From an uncultured bacterium (GTDB taxonomy: Bacteria; Auribacterota; Erginobacteria; Erginobacterales; Erginobacteraceae): a stretch of DNA of 28,947 nt. The stretch lies in NCBI GenBank assembly GCA_964465735.1, contig CAYXKT010000018.1, positions 1 through 28,947 on the forward strand. The letters run 5' to 3'. The notes under the pieces are model-generated. The model made no database searches. It saw only the letters and a list, made by a program, of their open reading frames with translations, and was not told where the DNA came from. Made by a program: the position numbers and the translations under genes. Below are positions 15,642 to 24,065 of this stretch, in pieces; position 1 is the stretch's first letter; each line of letters opens with the position of its first letter.

Positions 15642-18425
15642 ATGAAGAAAGAAAATAAAAGATCTCTCTGGCGGAGGATTGTCCGGAGCGTAATCAAGTT
15701 TACCGTCCGGCTGGTCATCGCGGTCATCATCCTAACCGCGGCCGCCCTGATTATGGTCCAGACCCCGCCCGGAAAGATGTTCCTGGCCCGGGCCCTGACC
15801 CGGGTCGCCTCCACCCCGGGGACGACCATCAGCTTTGGCCGGATCTCCGGGATCCTCCCCTTCCGGGTCCGGCTGGGCGAACTCCGGCTCGGCGACCCCG
15901 AAGGTGACTGGCTGGTGATCGAAGAGGTGCGGGCCCATCTCGATCCCTTTGAAATTCTCTCGCTCCGTCTCCACGCCACCAGCGTGACTGTGGAACGGGT
16001 CACCTGGTACCGGCTTCCGGGGGCCGGGGGAGGAGACCAACCCGGTTCAGAGGATAAAGCAAGTTTCACCCCGGCCAAGATCCCCTCCTTGATCGTTGAC
16101 CGGCTGCTGGTGAAGAAGATGACGGCGGCCGAATCCCTCTTTGGGCATCGGAGGGAGGCTTCTCTTGAGGGCCGGGTTGCCAACAGCGTCTCTTCCGGTC
16201 CCCGGGCGGAACTGCGGCTTTCCCCCCTCTGGCGGGAAGGCGAGGCTCTGGCGATCACCGCCGATTCGGCCGCCGATCTCTCTTACCTGAATGTGGGGTT
16301 AGAACTCGATGAGACCGGGGGAGGGGAGCTGGGCGGGCTCCTCTTCCCCGGTGATGTCGGTCCTCTCGCCTTCCGGTTCCGGGCCGAGGGTCCCTGGAGT
16401 GGGGTGAAGACCGAACTTTCCCTGCGGCTTCCGGAGCGGGGCGAGGTGAAAGGGGATTGGGTCCTTGATCTCTCCCGGCTCCTTCTGGAAGGGGAATTGA
16501 ACGCCGCTGTCCAGCGTCCTCCCTTCCCCGATTGGGAGGGAAGCGGTACTCTCCGAGCTGGTTTTACCGTCAAGGATGAGGGACAGAACCTCTCCGCCCA
16601 AATTGAGGGTCACGATCTGGTCGGTCCCAGCTTGGGATTGGAGCGGTTCCAGGTCACGGCCGAACTGGCCGATCTCTACCGATCCGTCCGGGGAGAAGTC
16701 AAATTTCAAGGGGAGAGCGGGTCCCTGGCCACCTCGGAAGATGATCCTGATACCGGCGAACTTTTCGACGCCTTGACCGGCCGGCTTGTCCTCCAAAACG
16801 GGTCTTTTGGCCCGGGCGCTGAACTCGAGCTCCAGGTCCGGGGATATGATATCCCCGGGCTCCTCCTCCAGCCGGAGAAGGTCCCGACCCTCGATCTGAC
16901 CGGCCGGCTGACAGGTGACCGGCTGGAGTTGCGACTTCAGGGAAAGGGCGAGCCGGGATCGCGCCTCGAGGCCGACTTCTCGGCCGCCGCCCGCTGCCCG
17001 GCCGGACTCTTCTCGGTTGAGTTCCCCGCGGACGGGGACCTGAAAGGTTCTCTCTCCTCAGAGATTGATCTGAAGATTCTCAATAACTACCTCGCTCTCA
17101 CCCGCCAGACTCTGGCCGGCCGGGTGGAGATTGAACTCGGCCTGGGCGGGACCTGGGGACGGCCCCTCCCCCGGGGTGGGATCGTCATCTCCGGGGGGGA
17201 ATACCAGAACCTCAATACCGGGACCTTCTTCCATAACCTTAACGCCCGGGCGCGGGTCCTGGACGACCGGCTGGTCTTGCAAGAACTGACCACCTCGACC
17301 CCTCCTCCTGCTCAGTCCCTTCTTTTCAGCTGGACTAAGTATATCCCCGGGATCCGCTTTACTCCTCTGGTTGATCAGGCCCGGGAGATCATCGAAGCCG
17401 GCCGGATCTCTCTTTCCGGTTCCACCCGGTTCTCCCCGGGCGAGGGTTATCCCTCGTCCTATACCCTCCTTCTCGAAGATGCCCTTCTGGCGGATATGGA
17501 GATTGGCAGTGTGATTGCCTCGGGCCGGATCGATCTCGAGGGGTCGGGGGACGAAAGTCTTCTCAAAGGAGAGGTCAGGATCCGCCGCGTTCGGGGGCGG
17601 ATCCCCGGCCGGATGGCGGACTCCGTCCCCGAGATCGAGGTAGTTGAGATCAACCGGCCGGGGGAGGAAGCGCCCCGTCCGCCGACTCGCCCCGTGGCGT
17701 TACTCGAGAAGATGGCGCTCGATCTGAATCTGACCGCGCCGAATAACGTGATTATCCAGGGCCGGGGTCTCGATTCGGAGTGGGAGGCTGATATCCGGAT
17801 TACCGGGACCGCGGATTCTCCCGAGATCCGGGGCGGCCTGACCCTGCTCTCCGGGATCTTTATCTTTATGGGGGAGGAACTGTCGCTGGAGGACTGTGCC
17901 GTGATGATGGACGGCGAGTACCCCCCGGTCCCCCAGCTGAAGATCAACGCCGAGATCGTCAAGCCGGCCATCATTATGAACCTCCAGATAGTCGGACCGG
18001 TCACCCAGCCCGAGGTCATCATCTCCTCCCAGCCACCCTACCCGGACGACGAAATTCTCGCTCGCCTCCTCTTCGGCCGTCCCGCCTCCCAGTTGAGCGG
18101 CCTCCAGGCCCTCCAGATCGTCAACGGGCTTCGGTCGCTCCAGGGCCAGGCCGGATTCTTCGATCTTCTGACCGACTGGGCCTCATTTCTCGGAAATATC
18201 CAGGTTGATTTTACTGACCTCCAGGGGACCGAGGACCAGACCGCGGTCCGGGTCCGCTGGTCTTTGAGCCGCAACTTTTATGTTGAGAACCAGCGCTCGC
18301 TCGAGGCTCCGGACAATCTCTTTCTCGCCCGCTGGGAGATTATCCGCAACCTCCAGCTCCGGCTGCAGTCCGGTTATGGTATCCTCGGCCACGCCGGCTT
18401 CCTCCACTGGCAGATGAACTATTAA
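15642..18425 (+). CDS. tamB: TamB-like translocation and assembly module protein (DUF490 C-terminus)
   Basis: 927 aa with an N-terminal membrane anchor (VIAVIILTAAALIMV), a long beta-rich repetitive body and a conserved C-terminal region. It is paired with the Omp85 gene upstream. Confidence 0.85.
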   Translation: MKKENKRSLWRRIVRSVIKFTVRLVIAVIILTAAALIMVQTPPGKMFLARALTRVASTPGTTISFGRISGILPFRVRLGELRLGDPEGDWLVIEEVRAHLDPFEILSLRLHATSVTVERVTWYRLPGAGGGDQPGSEDKASFTPAKIPSLIVDRLLVKKMTAAESLFGHRREASLEGRVANSVSSGPRAELRLSPLWREGEALAITADSAADLSYLNVGLELDETGGGELGGLLFPGDVGPLAFRFRAEGPWSGVKTELSLRLPERGEVKGDWVLDLSRLLLEGELNAAVQRPPFPDWEGSGTLRAGFTVKDEGQNLSAQIEGHDLVGPSLGLERFQVTAELADLYRSVRGEVKFQGESGSLATSEDDPDTGELFDALTGRLVLQNGSFGPGAELELQVRGYDIPGLLLQPEKVPTLDLTGRLTGDRLELRLQGKGEPGSRLEADFSAAARCPAGLFSVEFPADGDLKGSLSSEIDLKILNNYLALTRQTLAGRVEIELGLGGTWGRPLPRGGIVISGGEYQNLNTGTFFHNLNARARVLDDRLVLQELTTSTPPPAQSLLFSWTKYIPGIRFTPLVDQAREIIEAGRISLSGSTRFSPGEGYPSSYTLLLEDALLADMEIGSVIASGRIDLEGSGDESLLKGEVRIRRVRGRIPGRMADSVPEIEVVEINRPGEEAPRPPTRPVALLEKMALDLNLTAPNNVIIQGRGLDSEWEADIRITGTADSPEIRGGLTLLSGIFIFMGEELSLEDCAVMMDGEYPPVPQLKINAEIVKPAIIMNLQIVGPVTQPEVIISSQPPYPDDEILARLLFGRPASQLSGLQALQIVNGLRSLQGQAGFFDLLTDWASFLGNIQVDFTDLQGTEDQTAVRVRWSLSRNFYVENQRSLEAPDNLFLARWEIIRNLQLRLQSGYGILGHAGFLHWQMNY

Positions 18426-18546
18426 GGTTATCCGGCGCAAAAACCTGAAGGTCTGACTGTTACGGGTGTACTTTCCAACGCGGACAGAAGGAACCGGAAC
18501 CGCTATCGCGATCCGTCGAAATTTACATTGCCGGTCGCGTCTCCGG

Positions 18547-18555
18547 TGCTATAAT
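18547..18555 (+). promoter_or_regulatory. Extended -10 promoter element TGcTATAAT
   Basis: ggTGcTATAATc lies 44 nt upstream of the ATG at 18599. No good -35 is present, which is acceptable for extended -10 promoters. Confidence 0.4.
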
Positions 18556-18598
18556 CTTGAGGAAAACAGTTCAACAAATCAATCAGGAGATGATCCCG

Positions 18599-19429
18599 AT
18601 GAAAATCACCCCACTGGCTAAAGTATCTCAGGATGTAATCACTTTCAGTGTCAGCGAGATCGAGGCGATCCTTCAGGCCCCTTTGCTCGACGTGCCACCC
18701 TTTGCCCCTCGTTCGGTAATTTTGAGCAGCCAATCCGGCGAGGCGGAAACGATGCTGATCCGCCCGGCCCGCCGTGAAGAAGCCCCAAGCCTGCTCCGGT
18801 TCATCAGCGAAAAATTTTTCGGTGCCGAGGATCTCGATCAGGCTCCTGACTTCACCGACCTTATCGGGGCCCGGGTCTATGCTGAAGTCCTTGGCTGGTA
18901 CCGCGCTCGATTAAAAGATTCCTATAATTTGCTTGCCCTGAGCGGCGGGGAGTTGATCGGCTTGGCCAACGGCCGGCTGATGAACGAGGAGATCAACATC
19001 AATCTCCATACCCTGGCCTTTGACCGCGATCACCGGATCGAGGCGGCGTTATACTGCGCCCGATGCCAGTACTGCTTCGAGGATCTCGGCCAGGATGAGC
19101 TATGGTCAGCCTTCGAGAGCTATGATGGCTGGAAGCATTGGGGGGTGGGGATGGCCCAACCCTCTTACCCCTGGCCCGACCTCCAGCACGAGTTGGGTGG
19201 GGGGAGAGTTTACTACCTGACCCGGAAATATTGGGAGTCAACTGTCCGAGGTTACCTGGCCGAGAATTACGGTATCCGGATCGAACGGGAGGTCTCCCCG
19301 GAGCTAATGGCGGAAAATGAGTCCATCAAGTTCCCTCCCCCGCCGGCGCCGGAACCAGTGGAGCCGGAGACCCCGGCACCGGCCGACCCCGTCTCTCCGG
19401 AAGTCGGGCCGGACCTCTCCGGGGTCTGA
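18599..19429 (+). CDS. Hypothetical protein with a Pro-rich C-terminal tail
   Basis: ORF 18557..19429 trimmed to the ATG at 18599, 9 nt after AGGAG. Codon usage resembles the neighbours. I recognise no family motif; a weak acyltransferase-like feel is not a call. The tail is PPPPAPEPVEPETPAPADPVSPE. Confidence 0.7.
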   Translation: MKITPLAKVSQDVITFSVSEIEAILQAPLLDVPPFAPRSVILSSQSGEAETMLIRPARREEAPSLLRFISEKFFGAEDLDQAPDFTDLIGARVYAEVLGWYRARLKDSYNLLALSGGELIGLANGRLMNEEININLHTLAFDRDHRIEAALYCARCQYCFEDLGQDELWSAFESYDGWKHWGVGMAQPSYPWPDLQHELGGGRVYYLTRKYWESTVRGYLAENYGIRIEREVSPELMAENESIKFPPPPAPEPVEPETPAPADPVSPEVGPDLSGV

Positions 19430-19439
19430 TCAGGGATTT

Positions 19440-19710
19440 TCCGCCGGGATCACGATGGCCCTGAAGTCGGCCACGGTGGACGCCGCCGGCGTGCCGTTGG
19501 CCGTCCTGCCTTGAGCTGCGGGATGTTTATCCGGACTTTGGTGGATTTCCTGATCATCGCCGCCGCCATCTTTATGGTCACCAAGGCGATGAACGTGATA
19601 CGGGAAAAGAAGGAAGAGGCACCGGCCGCTCCCCCGGCCCCAACCAGGGAAGAAGCCCTCCTGACCGAGATCCCCGACCGGATTCAAAGGAAGCAACCCT
19701 CCGTCCCGGC
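19440..19710 (+). pseudogene. mscL: mscL relic (large-conductance mechanosensitive channel), 5'-truncated and frameshifted
   Basis: Frame 3 reads ...FSAGITMALKSATVDAAGVPLAVLP* (stop at 19512). Frame 2 continues GMFIRTLVDFLIIAAAIFMVTKAMNVIREKKEEAPAAPPAPTREEALLTEI. That is the loop, TM2 and C-terminal helix of MscL (compare E. coli [55 protein letters not shown]). TM1 is absent and the natural stop is lost. Confidence 0.55.
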
Positions 19711-19840
19711 CGGATGGGCACCGAGCTTGGTTCAGTTCGGGCAAGAAGAATGTAGCACGGGCATTGCTGTCTGTGTAGGCCTGGTCACAGGCAGGAATAC
19801 CTGTGCTACTCTGGCCGGCATCCAGACCACCTTTCTTGCG

Positions 19841-21568
19841 TTATCGGGTATTGCAGTTTCGCACTCCGATATACGGTCCCAGGACCATATCCCGATAGCC
19901 CTTCCCCGCCGGGATGAAGGGATAGACCGCTTCTTCCCGGTCGATGATTACCTCGAGGAAAGACGGGCCCTCCGCGGCCAAAAAATCGTCCAGCGCCCCC
20001 TCCAGTTCTTCCGGCCGTTGGATTCTTTGCTGCCAGGTAAAGCCGCATTCGGCGGCAATCCGAGAGAAATCGGCGCCGAACTCACGTTCAGTGGCGGTAA
20101 AACGGCGGTGGTAATGGACGGCCTGGAGTGTCCGGACCATCCCGTCGGCCTGGTTGTTGAGCAGCAGTACCTTGATCGGGAGGCCCAGGGAGCCGATGGT
20201 ATGGATCTCCCCCATATTCATCTTGATCGAACCGTCACCGTCGATAGCGATTATCCGGGAGTCGGGGTCGGAGAAATAGGCCCCGACCGCGGCCGGGAGG
20301 GCGAACCCCATCGTTCCGAAAGACCCCGGGGTGAGAAATGACTTCGGCCGGGCCATCGGGAGATATTGGGCGGCCAGCATCTGGTGCTGCCCGACTCCGG
20401 TGGTGACCCGGGTTTCCTCGGTCAGCCGCCGGGAGAGGAGATCCATTACCTCGGCCGCCTGGATCAGGTCGCTGTCCCGGTTATAATCGAGCCGCAGGGA
20501 TTGTTTCAGTTGGGCCACCCGTTTCTGCCAGTCCTTGATCTCCAGCCCGACCGGGTGCCGGCCGGCATACTCCAGGAGATCTTTGAGGACAGCGCAGGCG
20601 TCACCGATGAAGGAGAATTTCGGGTTCCGGGTGACCCGGACCTCCTGGACTTTCTCCGGGTGGATATCGATATAGGCGATATCCGCTTCCAGCCCGGATT
20701 CCCCGACCTTCTGGGAGACGCGATCGTTCCAGCGGACCCCGAAGGCGACGAAGAGATCAGTCTCCTGGATGGCCAGATTGGCGGCCGGATTCCCGAACAT
20801 CCCCAGCATCCCCAGCGAGGTCTCGAGAGTCTCATCAACTACCCCCTTGGCCATCAGGCTGATGATCGAGGGGATCTGGAAGATCCGGTTGAACTCCCGC
20901 ACTTTCCGGCTGGCCGCCCGCGAATTGAGTCCGCCCCCGATATAGAGGAGCGGCCGTCGGGACTGTTCCAGCAGCTGGAAGAACTGTCGGCATTGGTTTT
21001 CTCCCAGGTGCGATTCCTGGTCGTATTTCAACCGGAAACGTTCGATCTCGATTCCCTGATAATCGCTCTCGGCCTGTTGGCTGTCGAAGGGGAAATCGAT
21101 GACTACCGGACCCGGTTTCCCGGCGCGGGCGTAGAACCAGGCGTCCTTGACCGCTTCCTCGATCCGGGCGGGATCGGTGATCTGGATTACCTTCTTGGCT
21201 GCCCGGGCAAAGATATTTCCGACATCGATGTGCTGGAACTCGTCAGTGCCCAGCCGGCTCTGCCGGACCTGTCCGGCAAAGACCAGCAAGGGGATGGAGT
21301 CGGCATAGGAGTCGGCCACCGCGGTCAGGGTATTGGTGATTGCCGGCCCCGAAGTCACCACTACCACCCCTGTCCGGTCCCCGGAGCGGGAATATCCCGC
21401 CGCCGAGAAGGCGCACGACTGTTCGTTGGAATTGACAGTGATCGAGATCGAGCTCTTTCCCAGGGCGTCAAAGACCGGGAGGATTGCCGCGCCGATATAA
21501 CCGAAGACCCGATCCACGCCCAGGTCCTCGAGACTTTTGACCATAATCGAGGCCCCATTCATTTTCAT
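19841..21568 (-). CDS. ilvB: Acetolactate synthase large (catalytic) subunit / TPP-dependent enzyme
   Basis: 575 aa with the N-terminal MNGASIMVKSLEDLGVDRVFGY and the TPP motif IDGDGSIKMNMGE...LLLNNQADGMV. No small-subunit gene is adjacent. Confidence 0.9.
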   Translation of the reverse strand: MKMNGASIMVKSLEDLGVDRVFGYIGAAILPVFDALGKSSISITVNSNEQSCAFSAAGYSRSGDRTGVVVVTSGPAITNTLTAVADSYADSIPLLVFAGQVRQSRLGTDEFQHIDVGNIFARAAKKVIQITDPARIEEAVKDAWFYARAGKPGPVVIDFPFDSQQAESDYQGIEIERFRLKYDQESHLGENQCRQFFQLLEQSRRPLLYIGGGLNSRAASRKVREFNRIFQIPSIISLMAKGVVDETLETSLGMLGMFGNPAANLAIQETDLFVAFGVRWNDRVSQKVGESGLEADIAYIDIHPEKVQEVRVTRNPKFSFIGDACAVLKDLLEYAGRHPVGLEIKDWQKRVAQLKQSLRLDYNRDSDLIQAAEVMDLLSRRLTEETRVTTGVGQHQMLAAQYLPMARPKSFLTPGSFGTMGFALPAAVGAYFSDPDSRIIAIDGDGSIKMNMGEIHTIGSLGLPIKVLLLNNQADGMVRTLQAVHYHRRFTATEREFGADFSRIAAECGFTWQQRIQRPEELEGALDDFLAAEGPSFLEVIIDREEAVYPFIPAGKGYRDMVLGPYIGVRNCNTR

Positions 21569-21635
21569 CGGTTTTATGACTCCTTTGGTATCGGTAATCA
21601 GGCAGAAGACCGGAGGCTAAGGTAACCGCTCTTTT

Positions 21636-21674
21636 TTTGAAAAGCCCGGTAAGCAATATTCCTGCTTCACCGGC
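21636..21674 (-). terminator. Terminator/attenuator-like hairpin inside the ilvB leader
   Basis: The minus-strand RNA is CCGGUGAAGCA-GGAAUAU-UGCUUACCGG (10 bp with one bulge) followed by GCUUUUC. The U-tract is only 4 nt, so confidence is low. Confidence 0.3.
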
Positions 21675-21805
21675 CGGTTCAAGTGCCCTGAGTTTCATTT
21701 GCCCGCGCCGTTTCGGTGCCTGACCACCCTCCACCTTCGGTATATCCATCTGGGTGGTTACTGCCTTTTTCCTGTTGACGCGGGCCCTTACCCGTTACAA
21801 TTCGG

Positions 21806-21833
21806 ATCATACTTGCTTCCGAAAATAAGTCAA
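21806..21833 (-). promoter_or_regulatory. Sigma-70-type promoter for ilvB
   Basis: The minus strand has TTGACT (21833->21828), a 16-nt spacer and TATGAT (21811->21806). This predicts a leader of about 230 nt. Confidence 0.5.
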
Positions 21834-21955
21834 GCTCTCCGGACCTGATCAGCTCTGATTCCTTTGACTTCCGGCGCCGTCTGGATTAAGATAACGCTTA
21901 TGCAAAATGATTTCAGCTTCCCGGCTTGTTCCTGCCGGCCTCAATCAAAATAATT

Positions 21956-22567
21956 ATGACCTTCTACCTGAGATCATTAGCCCTGCTTCTGGTTCTGCTC
22001 AACCCGTTTCTGGTTATTGTCTATCTGGTGGACGTGGTGGAGAAACTGGATCAAAGGCGCTTTGCCTCGACCCTCTGCCGGGCCGGGCTGATCGCCGGAG
22101 CGGTTTTTTGCGTCTTTGCCGTCCTTGGTGATGCCTTCTTCTCCAATATTATCCAGGCGGATTTCGCTTCTTTCCAGATCTTCGGGGGCCTGGTCTTTTT
22201 ATTGATCGGCTTGCAGTTCGTCTTCCGGGGGCCGAAGGCGATCAAGATCCTCCGCGGTGAATCCGAGCACCTGGCCGGGGCGATCGCGATGCCGCTTCTG
22301 GTCGGCCCCGGGACGATCAGTGCCAGCGTGATTATCGGCCAGAGGCACGACATCTATATTTCCTGTTTGATTGTCATCGTGGCGATAGTAATCGCGGTGG
22401 CCTGTATGCTCCTGCTCAAGTGGCTCCACGACTATGTCCGGCCCCGCCGCGAGCCCCTGATTCAGCGCTACATCGAGATCGCCGGCCGGGTCACCGCCCT
22501 CTTTGTCGGTACCGTCTCGGTAGAGATGATTATGCGCGGTATCCAGACCTGGGCCTCCAAGTTCTGA
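21956..22567 (+). CDS. MarC family (UPF0056) integral membrane protein
   Basis: ORF 21926..22567 trimmed to the ATG at 21956. Multi-TM protein with the N-terminal LLLVLLNPF pattern typical of MarC/NAAT proteins. No clear RBS, so the start is uncertain. Confidence 0.8.
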   Translation: MTFYLRSLALLLVLLNPFLVIVYLVDVVEKLDQRRFASTLCRAGLIAGAVFCVFAVLGDAFFSNIIQADFASFQIFGGLVFLLIGLQFVFRGPKAIKILRGESEHLAGAIAMPLLVGPGTISASVIIGQRHDIYISCLIVIVAIVIAVACMLLLKWLHDYVRPRREPLIQRYIEIAGRVTALFVGTVSVEMIMRGIQTWASKF

Positions 22568-22602
22568 GCTCCCCGAGTATGCCGGCCGGGTATTGTTTTT
22601 TC

Positions 22603-22631
22603 TTGACTTCGGGGGTCGAAAAGCCTATTGT
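22603..22631 (+). promoter_or_regulatory. Sigma-70-type promoter for the peroxiredoxin gene
   Basis: TTGACT (22603-22608), a 17-nt spacer and TATTGT (22626-22631). Confidence 0.45.
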
Positions 22632-22645
22632 GATAAACGTTATCA
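22631..22645 (+). promoter_or_regulatory. Fur-family (Fur/PerR-like) 7-1-7 operator
   Basis: TGATAAA-C-GTTATCA, with 6 of 7 positions per arm complementary. Compare the classic Fur 7-1-7 box TGATAAT-N-ATTATCA. It starts at the last base of the -10 and covers the predicted +1. Confidence 0.5.
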
Positions 22646-22709
22646 TTACCAACTAACCCCGTTTGCTGCTCGAAAAGCGGGCGAGGGGTCAACCAACAAG
22701 GAGGAAGAA

Positions 22710-23438
22710 ATGGAGACTATCGGTGAAAAGATGACACCCGCGATGCCCCGGATCGGGGAGAAAGCTCCGGCCTTCAAGGCCGTCACCACCCAGGGCGAGA
22801 TTGACTTCCCCAAGCAGTATGCCGGGAAGTGGGTCATTCTCTTCAGCCATCCGGCCGACTTCACCCCGGTCTGTACCTCGGAGTTTATGACCTTTGCCAC
22901 GATGGCTCCCCAGTATGCCGAGGCCAACTGCGAACTGGTCGGGCTCTCCGTGGACGGTCTTTACAGTCATATCGCCTGGCTGCGGACAATCAAGGAAAAG
23001 ATCGAGTACAAGGGGATGAAGGATGTCGAGGTGAATTTCCCTCTGATCGAAGATATCTCGATGGAGGTCGCCAACCTTTACGGGATGATTCAGCCGGGAG
23101 AGAGTTCGACCAAGGCGGTCCGGGCGGTATTTTATATCGACCCCAAGGGGATCATTCGGGCTATTATGTACTACCCGCTGACCACCGGCCGGAATTTCAA
23201 TGAGCTTTACCGGACCCTGATCGCGCTCCAAACCTCCGATGCCTTCTCCGTCGCCACCCCCGCCGACTGGCATCCGGGTGACGAGGTGATTGTCCCCACC
23301 GCCGAGTCCTGCGGAGTGGCCAAGAAGCGGATGTCCACCAAGGGGATCAAGTGCTACGATTGGTTCTTCTGTACCAAGGCACTTGCCAAGGAAAAGGTTT
23401 TTAACGCTATCCTGAAGAAGGACAAAAAGAAGAAGTAA
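22710..23438 (+). CDS. Peroxiredoxin, 1-Cys / Prx6 type
   Basis: ORF 22593..23438 trimmed to the ATG at 22710, 5 nt after AGGAGG. Has IGEKAPAFKAVTTQGEIDFP...WVILFSHPADFTPVCTSE (peroxidatic Cys motif) and a Lys-rich tail. Confidence 0.9.
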   Translation: METIGEKMTPAMPRIGEKAPAFKAVTTQGEIDFPKQYAGKWVILFSHPADFTPVCTSEFMTFATMAPQYAEANCELVGLSVDGLYSHIAWLRTIKEKIEYKGMKDVEVNFPLIEDISMEVANLYGMIQPGESSTKAVRAVFYIDPKGIIRAIMYYPLTTGRNFNELYRTLIALQTSDAFSVATPADWHPGDEVIVPTAESCGVAKKRMSTKGIKCYDWFFCTKALAKEKVFNAILKKDKKKK

Positions 23439-23449
23439 ATCTCCGGCTT

Positions 23450-23478
23450 CCCCCTCTCTCCGGCGCGGAGAGAGGGGG
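23450..23478 (+). terminator. GC-rich perfect hairpin downstream of the peroxiredoxin gene
   Basis: CCCCCTCTCTCCG-gcg-CGGAGAGAGGGGG, with 13-bp perfect arms, 12 nt after the stop. No U-tract follows, so this is not a canonical intrinsic terminator. Confidence 0.45.
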
Positions 23479-23654
23479 GACTTCCGGGGTTATCCTGTCC
23501 CGCGGACAAGGAGCCGATCTTCCGGGTCGGGTAAAATCAAGAAGAATATAGTTGCCGGTGGCGGATCAGCGGGATATATTATTATATCGATCGCACACCT
23601 ACTATGTCGGGATAATTGCTCGGTTAGATAGTACCTGAACGGCAACCGCCAGGT

Positions 23655-23726
23655 ACATAGAATTTGTCATTGCGAGGAACGAATGACGAAGCAATCTCAT
23701 TTCGGAATAAACAGATCGCCTTCCTC
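23655..23726 (+). repeat. REP-like palindromic repeat R1 (3' arm truncated)
   Basis: acatagaatttgtcattgcgaggaacgaatgacgaagcaatctcat...acagatcgccttcctc is about 80% identical to 25035-25106. Confidence 0.6.
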
Positions 23727-23735
23727 TTTATGAGA

Positions 23736-23810
23736 AAGAATGAAACCACCAGGACCACTGGGAAAATTCAGGATCACGTCTTTCGACTTTATCTGTGAAC
23801 TCTAAAAACT
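23736..23810 (+). repeat. 75-nt intergenic repeat block, copy B
   Basis: aagaatgaaaccaccaggaccactgggaaaattcaggatcacgtctttcgactttatctgtgaactctaaaaact is 61/75 identical to 12053-12127. Confidence 0.6.
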
Positions 23811-23988
23811 AATGTTCTCCTAAGCGGATTATATATCCTCATTCGGAAATAACAAAAGAATCATATCTCGCGCCATCGAAGGGCGTCAGAGTTGAGGACC
23901 GGGGTTATGCGCAAGTGGGTATGAGCAAGCATCAGCCGATGAATTTGGCTTGAGAAAGATTGTTTTTGCGCGACAATAGAGTATCAAA

Positions 23989-24065
23989 TGGTATTTTAAG
24001 GGAACATTGAGGGGGAGAAAGAGTCGTTTTGTTTTGACAGAACGCCAACACTAAATAGGAGCCGG
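23989..24065 (+). promoter_or_regulatory. Paralogous leader cassette (secreted-hypothetical copy, short form, no MITE)
   Basis: TGGTATTTTAAGGGAACATTGAGGGGGAGAAAGAGTCGTTTTGTTTTGACAGAACgccaacactaaatAGGAGccgg then ATG. It lacks the roughly 48-nt middle segment present in the OFOR and FDP copies. Confidence 0.45.

Noticed and set aside
19511-20341. A 276-aa ORF taken as an intact gene.
   Set aside because: Only its first roughly 60 codons are MscL-like (TM2 and the C-terminal helix). The rest is the antisense shadow of ilvB, reached because the mscL stop was lost.
21672-21695. tRNA-like T-arm (GGTTCAAGTGCC).
   Set aside because: The flanking bases cannot form the 5-bp T-stem, and no acceptor, D or anticodon arms are present.
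21700-21760. T-box riboswitch call for the ilvB leader.
   Set aside because: GGGUGGUCAGGCACCG only loosely resembles the T-box consensus (GGGUGGUACCGCG). I could not find Stem I features or a specifier loop by eye. It is kept only as an unclassified leader.
21775-21801. Plus-strand promoter TTGACG-15-TACAAT for marC.
   Set aside because: The 15-nt spacer is too short for a confident sigma-70 call. It may still be weakly functional.
23573-23588. AT-rich inverted repeat GATATATTATTATATC as a second PerR/Fur box.
   Set aside because: Only the outer 6-bp arms pair. It does not fit the 7-1-7 register, and no promoter or gene is suitably placed.
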